Part shown: piece after piece, positions 1 to 24,404 of the stretch
Position numbering within the stretch: position 1 is the first letter of the stretch
Layout: each line of letters opens with the position of its first letter
Assembly: GCF_032062105.1 (NCBI RefSeq)
Contig: NW_026930475.1
Span: 248,001 to 312,000, forward strand
Direction: 5' to 3'
DNA from: Saccostrea cucullata
Taxonomy: Eukaryota
DNA: 64,000 bases
Made by a program: the position numbers and the translations under genes
The notes under the pieces: generated by a model
Databases searched by the model: none
Told to the model about the DNA's origin: nothing
What the model saw: only the letters and a program-made list of their open reading frames with translations

Positions 1-690
1 ACTGGAAGAAAATTTTCATAATTCCTGTCCGGTCCATATCTTTCTTATGGATAAACTTGGTAGGTTCTCATTTCACACAAAGATTGCCCATGACCCAAGA
101 ATGTGTCATGACCTTGACCCAAGGTCATTTGGGAAGGTTCAAGGTCACTGGAAGAAAATTTCATAATTTGTGTCCAGTACATATCTTTCTTATGGATAAA
201 CTTGGTAGATTCTCATTTCACACAAAGATTGCCCATGACCCAAGGGTGTGTCATGACCTTGACCCAAGGTCATTTGAGGTAGTTCAAGGTCACTGGAAAT
301 TCGTGTTTGCCCATATCTTTCTTATGGATAAACTTGGTAGGTTCTCATTTCACTGAAAGATTGCCCATGACCCAAGGGTGTGTCATGACCTTGACCCAAG
401 GGTGTGTCATGACCTTGACCCAAGGTCATTTGGGGTAGTTCAAGGTCACTTATCATAATTCGTGTCCGGTCCATATCTTTCTTATGGATAAACTTGGTAG
501 GTTCTCATTTCACTGAAAGATTGCCCATGACCCAAGGGTGTGTCATGACCTTGACCCAAGATTATCTGGGGAAGTTCAAGGTCACTGGAATAAAAATTTC
601 ATATTTGGTGTTTGATACATATTTTTATTATGGAAAAACTTACTTCTGAAAAACCCAGCGGGGGGTATTTTGTCCCGTTTGGACAGTTCT
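1..690. mobile_element. Helentron/HINE-type non-autonomous element with an internal ~146-bp tandem array (partial)
   Basis: About 4 copies of a unit containing ccatatctttcttatggataaacttggtag...tgtgtcatgaccttgacccaaggtca, ending in a short stem (tgtcc-cgttt-ggaca) then ctagttttt, as in bivalve satellite-bearing elements. Confidence 0.65.
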
Positions 691-799
691 AGTTTTTTTT
701 TAATGTATTTTTACTTAAGATAGATTTAAACAACACTGAATGAAAGAGTCCTGGAAATGTTGCACAATGAAATTAGAATTTGTATTGGATTGGTTTCAG

Positions 800-12858
<12,059 letters not shown>

Positions 12859-14229
12859 TGACAAATCCTAATGCTTTACAAAGACATATATGCAATAAGG
12901 ACAGCAGAATGAATTCTCGTGTCCCAAATTTAACCTGTGATAAATTTTCTTTTATTCATGAAAATAGGCTTTTTTCAAAAAAGTTTTTAAAAATTCTTTA
13001 CAAAAACCATGGTTTCCTTTAATGTCATGTGTTTAATTAGAAGTTATGGTACTGCTATATAATCCAATGTGGGGGTAATTATGACATAATTTCATGTGAT
13101 TTGATAGAGAAACAATTTAGAGAAAGCATATACATACATATAATTTCTGTATTTTATTTGTTTTACGTAGCAGTATGCTTAAAAAAATGATGAACTGTTG
13201 TAAATATTCATTTCTAAAAGCAAGTATATGAATTTATTGTAAGAGTGCACATTAAAGGATCTTTATATATATAAACATGTATACTTACAATATCAGATAT
13301 TTGTTCAGTCTCGCATACATTGTACAGTCCTTCATATCAATTCTTTATATAGTATATAAGACATATTGTGGGGGGATATGGCTAAATCTAATTATAACAA
13401 TGCTTTTTCCAAGTTTTTCATTGTTCAGAACCCATTCCTGAATTTGCCTGTTTTAAGTGTATAGCTTGCCTAAACTTGTTATTTATTAAATTGTATTGTT
13501 AAATATAATGTATATATGTATGCTTTAACAAATTTGTACACAGGGTGTAACAAGATATATATATTATTATACGACTAATTGTGCTGAATTCCATGGCTAT
13601 GAACATTTTACAGCTCTGTCTCAGTGATTCTTCTCCTCCAGTTGTAAACTTGCTTTGTTAGTTAGTATCCATGGTAACTGTTTGTGGTTACATAAGTGCT
13701 TGAATATGTTGACATAGATTCTGAAATGAAGTCCATCCTTATACTACAGGAACCATTAACAAATAATATGTGTAATAAGACTTCATATTTTTATGCAGTT
13801 CATAGAAAATCATTTCCATTTCCAGAATGACATAATGATACAAGGATCCAATGTTCAAAATCAAAATATATGGCATACAAAATAAAGTGATACAGTTTTA
13901 TATAAATTTGTCTCAGTTTTCTTGTTTTGAAGGTACTGGTACACTGTACATGTATGACTGTTTTCTAGCTTTCATCACATTTCATACTCAGTAGAATAAG
14001 AGATTTTTATGGGAAAAAGGGAAAACTATAGTTGTGCAGTGAATAAAAATATGGTATGTTTGAAGTGTGAATGATGCACACTGCACTCTGTTCTACTCCA
14101 AGCAGTTATGCTCATGCATTTGAAAAAAAAATACATTAATAACATATGACATATGGATTGTTATGTATACCTTCTTAGTGAAGTGGGATAGAGGTAACAT
14201 TCCTAAATGATGAAAAAAAAACTGTGGTA

Positions 14230-14720
14230 GAGGTTCAAATTATCAGAGTAAAACAGAGTTTGTGAAACATGACCCTGTATGACAGCTGTGAAGGTTAAAG
14301 TTTCTCAAATGCAACTCAATCTCTATGGTCAAGAGATAAAAAATGTTGTTACTCAAACAAAGGACTTGTCTCGGTGAATAAACCTGTGAAATACAAAGGC
14401 CAAAACATTAACCATTCAGAAGTTATGACCAAGGTTATAGTTTTAAAATGTGGGTCAAACAGCAGGGTCAACGGGTCAATATAAATGTACCCAAGGGATG
14501 GTCCTGTCAATATGAAGTATTAAAAAGCCTTAGCACCAACTGTTCAGTATTATGGTCAAGGTTAAATTTTTCCAAAAGTATAGGTCTAACTCCAGGATGA
14601 AAATGTCAAAACTTTGAATTTATAAAGGAAAGACTTGTCACAAGGAAAACAATGAAGGCCTTCGTACTAAATGTTCAAAAATAATGCCCAAGGTGAAAGT
14701 TTTTATTTGCACAAAATACC
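14230..14720. repeat. Decayed Helentron-type satellite array
   Basis: Recurring aaggacttgtc...aaaggcc...gttatgaccaaggtt units at roughly 135-140 bp spacing. Confidence 0.45.
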
Positions 14721-17292
14721 CCATCCTGAAACCAAGCACCTATGACTGAGTATTATCAACTTTTAAACCAATGCAGGCTAATGACAGCTAAATTGAAGTA
14801 ATAGGGATCTCACATTTATAATAGGAATTTAATGATGATAAGAATTCAGTGATCACTATATAGAATGAAGTTGTTAACAAATATAGCCTAACCATGGATA
14901 GTGTGTTAGCTTACATACTTCATGCGATTTGTTACTTATCTGTTTTATGTTCTAAATTCACCAGTTCAAACGAACATAAATTATTTATAAATAAAACTCA
15001 AAAACACTTTATATAGGATGAAAATGCGCGAGTGCAACAGACTTTAGCGAAGTGTATAAAGTATACAAAGCAGTCTTTAGTTTGACTTCTTTAAAATCCA
15101 TATAATTCTACAAAAGAAAAAGATTCAAATAAAGCGACGAGTCAACTTCAAAACGAATGCGCATGCGCAAAATGAATATTATATTTGAAAAAATGCTTGT
15201 AAACATTTATATTTGTTTAATTTTTTTTTTATTCTCGTTATATAAAAATATGTTAATCGTTTAGCCAACATGCCGTAATCATTTAGCATATGTATGAACG
15301 TGCGCGCGCTTGCAAAAGTTAGATATGAGATTTAGTTGACATCATTGTTACTTTTTTATTCTTAAATGATTTCCTTTGATACTGAGCAAATAAAAAAAGT
15401 CTTACAGGAATAAGGCACAAAAAGGGATTTGGGGAGCGTCTGGGTAACATCTGTAACGGTCCCCGTTACAATTAAAACTAGCTGGCCTTGTCATGATTTG
15501 TATATGGTCTTTTTGAGATTTTTTTTAATTCTAAATTTTAAAATTATTTGTTCAAACAAACCGGTATTTTAAGTGAGTGTTATTTATATCCATTAAAATC
15601 TAGATGCAAGCCTGATACGGTAGTGTGTCATCCATGCAAGTTTGGTCAACATAGGGCTTATAGTTATACTTGGAAATGAGACCTCTACCAACATCGGCAC
15701 CAAAAATGTTAACCTGCTCCAAAAACAGGTCATTCCTTAGCTGAAATTACAGCATCTGAAACCTTGACTGACCAAGTACAATATATAGAACACAGCAGAC
15801 AGAAGCATCTTGCATACGTAAATCTGGAAATTTTTGCTGTAGATAATTTTTAGCAAATTTGCAAAAACATTTTTCTTAAAAATAAATTACCAATAAGAAA
15901 ATGTGACTGCGACTGGGAAAAAGGGGCCAGATGCGGCGCACGTCATAATGAGAAATCGGCGATAGTTCAACGATTGCGTCACAATCGGAAAAAAAAATAA
16001 CGCGAGAAAAAAAAATGCAGTACACGTGTTTCTGAAAAGGTATATGTCTGTCTCGTATTTTTAAAATGTTAATTATGAAATTAAAATAGATTGTGGTAAT
16101 GTTTTGCAATATATTTTATTACGGTATATTTTTTTTATTTTGAATTTACCGCGGGTTTTAAAGAGCAATAACTCTGTCCATAACAGCACACTCGGAGTTC
16201 CTCGGATGACTCGTACCTCGCACATAACACATTTGAATGGAGCTTAGCGGAGTCAGCCGAGGATTGCCGATTGATAACAGCAAACGTTTTTACATTTCCG
16301 GTTGAGAACAGATTGAAAGTGAAAGTCACATGTAAACTGGAAATGTTATGTAGGGAGTTGCACTAAACATGAGCCAAACTTCCACAGCAACATCGATAAG
16401 TTTACCATCAGAAATTGTTATTTATCAAGATGATGAATTTTTAGAAGATATAGAGCGTGTGGATGAATTATATTTTTCTAAACTTGTTGTTCCAAAATTT
16501 ATCGTGCGCGACAGACAGTTTTGTGATCTGTCAAGTGACAGCCAGACAGATACGAGTGATTTTGGTGATTTAAACTATGATTCTGATTCTGAAAGCGACA
16601 ATGACAACAATGATGGAAATGTAGGCCTACATATACAGAATGAAGTTAATGTCACCGACACGAAGTTCCAAATTTTAGAAAGACACAAGACAAGAGGGTG
16701 TAAGTTTTTTTTTTTGGAATGCCATGTATTGAGACGATGATGTAGCCATGTAGCACGAAAATTGACTTTGATGCAGCATGTGTATTTCATGATCATTTTT
16801 ACAGTGTACTTAGGAGGAACTTGACACTATAATTAAAGTTGAAATGCTTGCACATAGGCGATCTGGTTCTGTCACACAGTCAAAGAAACACAGAAAAAGA
16901 ACGAAAAAGACCATTTCAAGAGTACTATTTCAATGGATGCAGAGTGTGTTGTTCAATTTTGTTTTGTACATGCTGTTGAAAAGGGGAAAAAACTCCATAA
17001 AGTTGCCAAATCTCTGGATACAGATGGTTTTTTTTTTACCCAGAACACATGAAACAGTGGTAAGGCTTATCAGTGACAGACAGGGACAGAATTAAAACAT
17101 TAAGTACTAAGTATGCTCGTGACCATGCCCTACCTCTACCAGGCCAACTACCAAATTACAAATCTGAGAAAGTGCTTCTACTTCCATCCGATACGACAAC
17201 TGCTGACATTCATGCTAATTATGAGATTTTAGATGAAGAAATGAACTTCAGAAAAATACACCTAAGGATATTTCAAGGAACTTGGCATGAGT

Positions 17293-18517
17293 GGGTACCT
17301 GTAAAGTGCGAAACGAAATAGAAACGAAACGAACTGAAACGAAACGAAATGTGCCGAAACGAAACGAAATATACCGAAACGAAACGAAACCTACCGAAAC
17401 GAAACGAAATCAAGACGATACGAAACGAAATCAAAACGAAACCTGTCGAAACGAAACAAAACATATGGTCTATTTTTACTTCATATGAAATTTATATAGT
17501 TCAAGCACCACTGGCAGTTGTTTCGCTTCAAGCTCATACATAGGCGTCGGAAGGAAATTGAAAAGTGGGGGGGGGGGCTTAACCAACAAAAAAGGTAAAC
17601 CCCAATTTTCAATGCCTATATAATATATATCTTCGCAAAAAAGTGGAGGGCTAACCCCCACCCTAACCCCGCTTCCGACGCCTATGTCATATTTTGTTAA
17701 TATCTTACTGAATAATTTACCTACTTAAAAAAGACATCGTTTGCTTCGAGAGAATTTTTTCTTGTCAGTTAAATCGTTTTAGATGTCTCTGGTCGAGCCT
17801 CTTTACTGCAAACCACTCATTTCTTCCACGAAAATTACCTCGATAGAATAGGACCGTATGTACGTAGAAAGGATACACAAGATTTCGGTTGGAGTTATGT
17901 ATATGTATAATTGAATGATAAAACCAGACACCTCGGAATAGAATACTAAATACTCTAAGTGTCTGGTTTATCCTATGTTTTAAGACATTCGCAATGCAAA
18001 AGTACAGTGACTTTATTTCGACCCGTACATAAACGAGCCTTAACATGTAACACATCAATTTTGATAGATATGTTGTAATAAGGACTGAAAATAAGAGTAA
18101 GATATAAAAATTAGAAAATACTGCACATATTGAAATTATACATGCATAGTACGCTCATGCATATTTGCAGCTGGCAAACATGTAAATACATCATTAGACT
18201 GAGAAGGGAGCTAATTAATGTATCGGTTTTTAAATTTTATATTAACAAGTGCTTGAACTATATAAATTTTATTTGAAGCAAAAAAAAGTCCACATGCAGT
18301 TACATATATATAATTATATACATGTACCTTGATTTGAAAAAAAAAAAAAAACATTTTGTGATAGTTTTGTTTCGTTTCGTTGGGTTTCGTTTTGATTTCG
18401 TTTCGTTTCGTCTTGATTTCGTTTCGTTTCGGTAGGTTTCGTTTCGTTTCGGTACATTTCGTTTCGTTTCGGTACATTTCGTTTCGTTTCGTTTCGTTTC
18501 GCACTTTACAGGTACCC
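17293..18517. mobile_element. Non-autonomous Mutator/Foldback-type element with (GAAAC)n-repetitive TIRs
   Basis: Termini gggtacctgtaaagtgcgaaac... / ...gtttcgcactttacaggtaccc; exact 9-bp TSD GGCATGAGT (17284-17292, 18518-18526). Confidence 0.9.
17539..17686. mobile_element. 148-bp MITE with a 5-bp TSD (hAT5-like)
   Basis: TIRs cataggcgtcggaag / cttccgacgcctatg, flanked by TCATA on both sides. Confidence 0.8.
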
Positions 18518-21500
18518 GGCATGAGTTGCGTCCATTTACAATCATGAAACATGTACTGACCTATTTCAGCTTTGTCAGCATTTCTCTCATCAACTGTCGA
18601 CAGTTTCTAATATGAATGATGAGGAAAAGGAAGAAATCCTTTCTAGTTACACGCAGCATGTTTCCCTAGCTAAACAGCAACGGGACTACTACAGACACCA
18701 GTGTACCCCCAGCAAGGAAGCATTAATTTCCTTACCAGAGGAATGTAAACAAACTGGTTAGTTAAAATTTTATTGCAATTTTTTTTTCTTTCTTTAGTGT
18801 ATAGATAGAAGTAACAGAGTAAGGTATACTTTCAGTTAATTAGCATTTATCGGTAATGAACTTTGTTCGTGAAATTGTAAATATACTGTGAATACATGTA
18901 ACTATCAATACACACAAATGATCATGAATGATATTTCATTAAAGGAAGTGCTCCATGCTCAAATGATATGGATATGGAAATGCACTATTCCTGGGACTAT
19001 GCACAACAAGAGCCTTTTCCTCATCATGCCCAACAAGTGGGACCAATATTTTTCAAGACGCCCCAGAAATGCAATGTGTCTGGTGTATGTTGCGAGGGTT
19101 CAGGTATTTAATTCATAAGTCATGATATATTTCTTAGTTCTTTAATTCATTCAGAAATAAGTGTACATGTATTTCTTAAAAGAAATTTATTAATTACCCT
19201 TTATTTGGAAATCTAATATTTGATGAAACATCTAAAATACATGTATGTAAAGATACGCTTTTAAATGTAGAATAATACATGTATGGGACTGATTCTGAAT
19301 AAAATAATTTAAGTTAATATTACGAATTCTATTGAATATAGTTGCAGCAAAATTTTTACACATTCTATTTTTGCCATAATGCATGTATATAAGCTAAATA
19401 ATGGTTGAATTATTTAGTTCTGATCAAAATTTTTGTTTTTACTTAAATGGCAGGAAAACAAGTGTTCTACTTGATTGATGAGGCTGAGAACACAGGGAAG
19501 GGTACTAATTCTGTCAATAGTATGGTTCATCACTTTTTTCAGTACCATGGATATGGAGAAAAACAGCATACATTCATTTTGACAACTGCAGTGGGCAAAA
19601 CAAAAACAACTTTTTCTTATGGTCTGCTCTCTGGAGAGTTCTTGTAGGTAAGTGTACATCAAATTAGAAATATTTGATTTTAATTATTAAGATTTGTAAA
19701 AGCATTGTTTGTTATTCAGAAAGTTCAATGCCCAAAGTGTTACATGCATGTATGATGTAAGTTTTGATAGCTAAGAAATGCAAACTCTTCTTTAATGTAG
19801 CATTTGTATTTAAATTAAAAGAGTGTATTTCCTTCAATTAGGACTCCATGCTACTGTGGAATATTCCATGATGGTGGCAGGACACACTAAATTTGATCCA
19901 GACTGGAATTTTGGAGTCCGGAAAGTAAAATGGCGTTCATCTACAGCAGAAACCATGAATGATATAGCAGACACAGTCCGTCATTCATCCCGCAGAGGCC
20001 ATAACATTCCTCAGCTAGTGTCAGATCCACATACACCTGTGCAGTTTAGGGACTTGAAGTCGTACCTTCAAACCCTTGAAAGACATTCAAGGCTATCATC
20101 ATTTGTGAGTAAGTGCAGAGACACCTGGCATTAATATTGCTGAATGTAAGGATGTAATTGGGCCTTTGTGTGTTAATCTCCTGAAAGATCAGAATACCCT
20201 TCCCTACGTAAATGATCCTCTGCCTCAAGAAATCCCAGCATCTGGTCTTGAGCCCAAAAGGCAATGGTACCTCTATGAGGAAATCCGTGAACAATGTCTA
20301 TCACTCTCTGCTAAAGACTCATCATGTCCAAAACCATTTGTACCAAAGAAAGAGGTGAAAGTTTACTCACCTGATCATTCTACGTCTCACTTGGGGAAAA
20401 GGAAAAGTCTTCTCCTTAGATGAAAGGGAGAGTTATTGTGTGTAAGAAAGATTAGAAGTAAAATGTATACATGTAGTTCCTATTGTATTACTTCCTGTAA
20501 TGTGTTGCTTTGATGTACATTTCTGTTCATCGAATTTTAATTGCTCTACAACATTTGTTGGAATTGATACTTTTACCAAACTGTTCACATAAGCTGTGTC
20601 CTATGACTAGTGTTACAATCTCATCAGTTATTAAAAAATGTGTAACAGTATGAAAATTGTTAACTGATATTTGCATCTTCTCTGTGACATTTTTCTTCAA
20701 ATGCACTTTGGATATATTTAGTTTAACAAAAAATATTACAAAACTTTGTCAAAAATGATTTTTAAATTTCAAAAGATACCATTTTCACACTCCCCCCCCC
20801 CCATTTGATTTCTTATCTTTATACTTAATACTGTTGATAATGTTAAGAAAGTACAGATGCATGCATCTATAAAATCATAACAGTACATTTTATCCATCTG
20901 CATGTTTGCAATATTCAGAGTGCCTGTTTTAAAAAAAAAGTGATCTGCTATTAATCTTTTTTTTTGAATATGTGTACAGCTGTCAAAGAACCTCTGTAAT
21001 TCTATATTCTTTGTGATTCCTGGTGTATTTTGTCACAACTACATATTATAATTTTCTTGTTATTTTGGAATGTAATTTCAATTTGCATATTTATCTTTTA
21101 AATAATTATTGTGTATGTCTCACGTTTCTAGAGTTTATTTTATTGAAATTAAATGGTTGGATTATTTTTTTTTTCATTATGCATCTTTTCTTCCCTTTCT
21201 CTTTTTGGGCATTGGTGCTGGAAGAATAATGAGTCAGTGTTCTGAATCAAATTCAATTGTTTCAACAGTCATATGTAATAACTAATAAGTAAAAATAACA
21301 GTATATTTAATGATTCATTTTTTTTCATCATATCAAAGCAAAATTTTAAGAAGAATTTAAAGAAAAAGGAGAGATTGTTCTTAGTATACCAGTAGACTGA
21401 AAATGTTGAGATATGTTTGATTTTCTAATTACGACGTTACGGTAACGTCACTGACGTTACGATATGACTGAAAGATGCCTGCATACATGGGCCTGTATCT

Positions 21501-22537
21501 TCTTCATTTTTAATGATATTCGCCTGAAATTTTGAATTTGTGTTACTCAAAGTATGGTGATTTAGAAAAGACAATAAAATAAATTTCGATAATTTACTCA
21601 TCTGGCCCCATTTTCCCAGTCGCAGTCACAAATGTAAACAAAGCAGTGGTAATTCGCAAAATTTTGAAACGTAAAAATTAATCAACACCATTTTGACCCG
21701 AATTCTCAAAATATAATCGACGTAAAAATACCTGATCAATGTAGGGCATAGAACATGTAGAAGTACTTAATTAAAAAGAAAAACTGCATGCTCCAAAAAC
21801 CTTAACCTTATTAACATGGGACGCCGACGCCGAGGGTATCACATAAGCTCCCCCCAACTTCGTTGAGGTGAGCTAAAGATTATTTGTTCAAATTAACACA
21901 ATTTCACAGGTACTTTTGGACACCAACGCCCCCCCCCCCCCGGATATTCAACCTCAGGGCTTGTTGCCGGGACATTTTTTCACAAATAGTATTTATTACA
22001 CTTAAACACATGTTAAAGACATTCATCATTTATTACACTTATTTCACTATGGCAAAAAATCGTGTAAACCCCAAAATAATCGTTCCACAAAAAATATCTC
22101 ACTATAATTTGCATCACCAACTGCTAATATAAGAGTTCTCTCACTAAATTCAGTATATTTTTAACTATTTGTTACGATGTTCTGCATGTTTCGTGCATTT
22201 CTCTTGGCCAAGTAAACCAAATCAAGTCATTTCGTGTCAAAATATATTATATCAAAAGAATTTGATGCATTGCCGATTAGATTTAAACACAAAAAAGGTT
22301 TAGAGTTGATTTTAATTTTTTTGCGTTTGTGAATTTTGACTGATTGTTTGTAATGTTATTTATTTATTTATTTGTTAAAATTCATAAGTTAACAATTGAG
22401 AATAACATCTCATTTCCCCATGAGCACTGTCTAACAAAAACGCAATATTTTATACGGTTATTTATCTGGCCACTCCTGCGGCCGTTAAAAATTTCCTACA
22501 CGTGAGCTAATCGGTCTTGAACATTTCACCATAGGAA

Positions 22538-22628
22538 TGCGCATGCCCGAAATAATTAAACATCAACATTGCCGGGGTTAGACGGACAAATATTGTAGCA
22601 GGAAAGTTTGTGTTTGTTGTTAACCGTG
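22538..22628 (+). promoter_or_regulatory. Probable promoter and non-coding first exon of the mitochondrial carrier gene, with an NRF-1-like site
   Basis: Locally CpG-richer segment, TGCGCATGCCCG at 22538, strong donor G|GTAAGT after 22628; next acceptor at 24336 lies upstream of the ATG. Confidence 0.45.
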
Positions 22629-24404
22629 GTAAGTAAAATTACTACTCTATTTCTTCATGAATTTGTATATTTTTATGTAAATTCTTTTAAAATCGGGAAG
22701 AGTCGCGTCTTCGAAAGCATTTTTACAAAACATGATTTATCACGTGAAAAGGACATGCTTGCCAAGGTCAACACTAAAGACTAATATATTACAGATTGTG
22801 AAGTAAATTGATATGAATTTATATAAATTATTTAAAAATATAAAAATTAATCTGCGTATATCATAACAAGAAGGACGAGGTAAACAGAGTAATACAATGA
22901 TTATATGAGACAATGCCAAAAAATACAGTATTGGCGGAATGCCAAATACATGCACAATAACTGGTTAGAAGAATGCTATACCTCCTTGGTACAAGACATT
23001 GTGTTTTTCATATCCATTGAAGGGTTTAGATATTTAATCATTGAATTCAGTGTTTGAGAATTATTTCTCATCTCATTTATGGCACATTGACAGAGATTGT
23101 AAACTGATGTTAAAAGATCACGTAAATGCTCAACACTGCTATTTAATGTATACATGTTATACGTTAGATCTTACAGTGTGTAACCAGAGAAATTTGATGC
23201 ATCATAAATTTCTTTAAGCTCCATTTCCAAACAGGATCTGGGTCCTGTGTTATTTGAAAAGGAAAAGATTATGGTTCCACAAGGATATATTACCCCTGAA
23301 AGATTTATCTAAAATTATATATGAATTAATGCATGAAAATAAAGCAGAAATTTGCTGTAAAACAAAAACAGATTTTGAAGAATGTCTCAGAATGTTCTAG
23401 ATGTGGAATTTTTATTAAAAAAACAACAAAAAAAGCCCATATTAGTATATACAGTGAAACTTGTCTAATCCAGATGCTGTATAATCCAAAATCTTGTTCT
23501 TAATACAATGAAAAATTATGTCCTTTTCAATATTCATTTGTTTAAACTGTTGCCCAATTCCTTTCTTTAAAATGTCCAACCTGGCCAATTGGAGTCAGTT
23601 GCGTACAGATTATGTGACTTTTATAGCAACTACAGTGTTATTAATTTTTACTGTATGAATTAAAATTTAATGAATAATGATTCCTTTAAGCATTGCCTGT
23701 CGCACACAGGAGATGTTAGTAGCAATTAATGTGTAGTTTTCATTCCTATCAATGTAAATAATCAGTACAGTAAAGGTGTTCACTTGCACACGTGTGTTGT
23801 ATACCTGATTTATTCACTGCTAAGGCTTAGTCCAGGGTCAACCGGTAATTTCACCTGTACTTTTCCTGAACGCTCCCACTAAGTAGATTATCAGTTTTTG
23901 ACCTTTAAAATAGCTTGCCCATATTCATTAGTTAGCCTATATAAAAAAAATCAAGTTACACATTTAGTTTCAAAGGAAGTTTTTAAAAAAAATGTTGCAT
24001 ATTATGTATTAATTTCCATCATCTTATCACAGTTTACGTCTTGGATTAAAAAAAAGAGATATACATATATTGCAAAGTTAAGTTTAAAAAAATAGTATAT
24101 TTAAAGAATAACCCATTACAAAAAGGTTTCTTTCTGTACAAAAAAGGTAATAAAGATTATCTAAAAATATTTTTAAATTTTATTTAATGTGCTTAATTTG
24201 TCAGGAATGTTGTAATCACTGATCAGTTGTCTAGACTTGAGGAAGTGAGGTGTAGCACTCATCTGTAAATCTGGGTAGATTAATGGAGGGAAATGATCAG
24301 TTTGAAGAGAAATTAAATTTCATTTTATCTCTGCAGATTCTTGAAATATAATTTGGATACAAGAAAAAGAAGACTTCCCATTCAGTTTCTTAGCTTTTGA
24401 AGGA

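Larger units (their letters stand above)
16369..20423 (+). pseudogene. Frameshifted, intron-containing Sola-type DDD transposase
   Basis: Fragments YARDHALPLPG, TWHEL...TDLFQLCQ, HYSWDYAQQ (D at 18995), VFYLIDEAENTGKGTNSVNSMVHHFF, HFDNCSGQNKNN (D at 19581), MVAGHTKFDPDWNFG (~19893) and RQWYLYEEIR. Multiple frameshifts, apparent GT-AG introns, and interruption by the element at 17293-18517. Confidence 0.8.
15903..21629 (+). mobile_element. Sola1-like DNA transposon (decayed autonomous copy)
   Basis: ~31-bp TIRs gtgactgcgactgggaaaaaggggccagatg / catctggccccattttcccagtcgcagtcac (1 mismatch); 4-bp TSD AAAT (15899-15902, 21630-21633), matching the AWWT target of Sola1; internal transposase remnants. 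Confidence 0.85.

Noticed and set aside
17273-18552. ORFs rich in ETKRN repeats
   Set aside because: Translations of the (GAAAC)n TIRs of a non-autonomous element.
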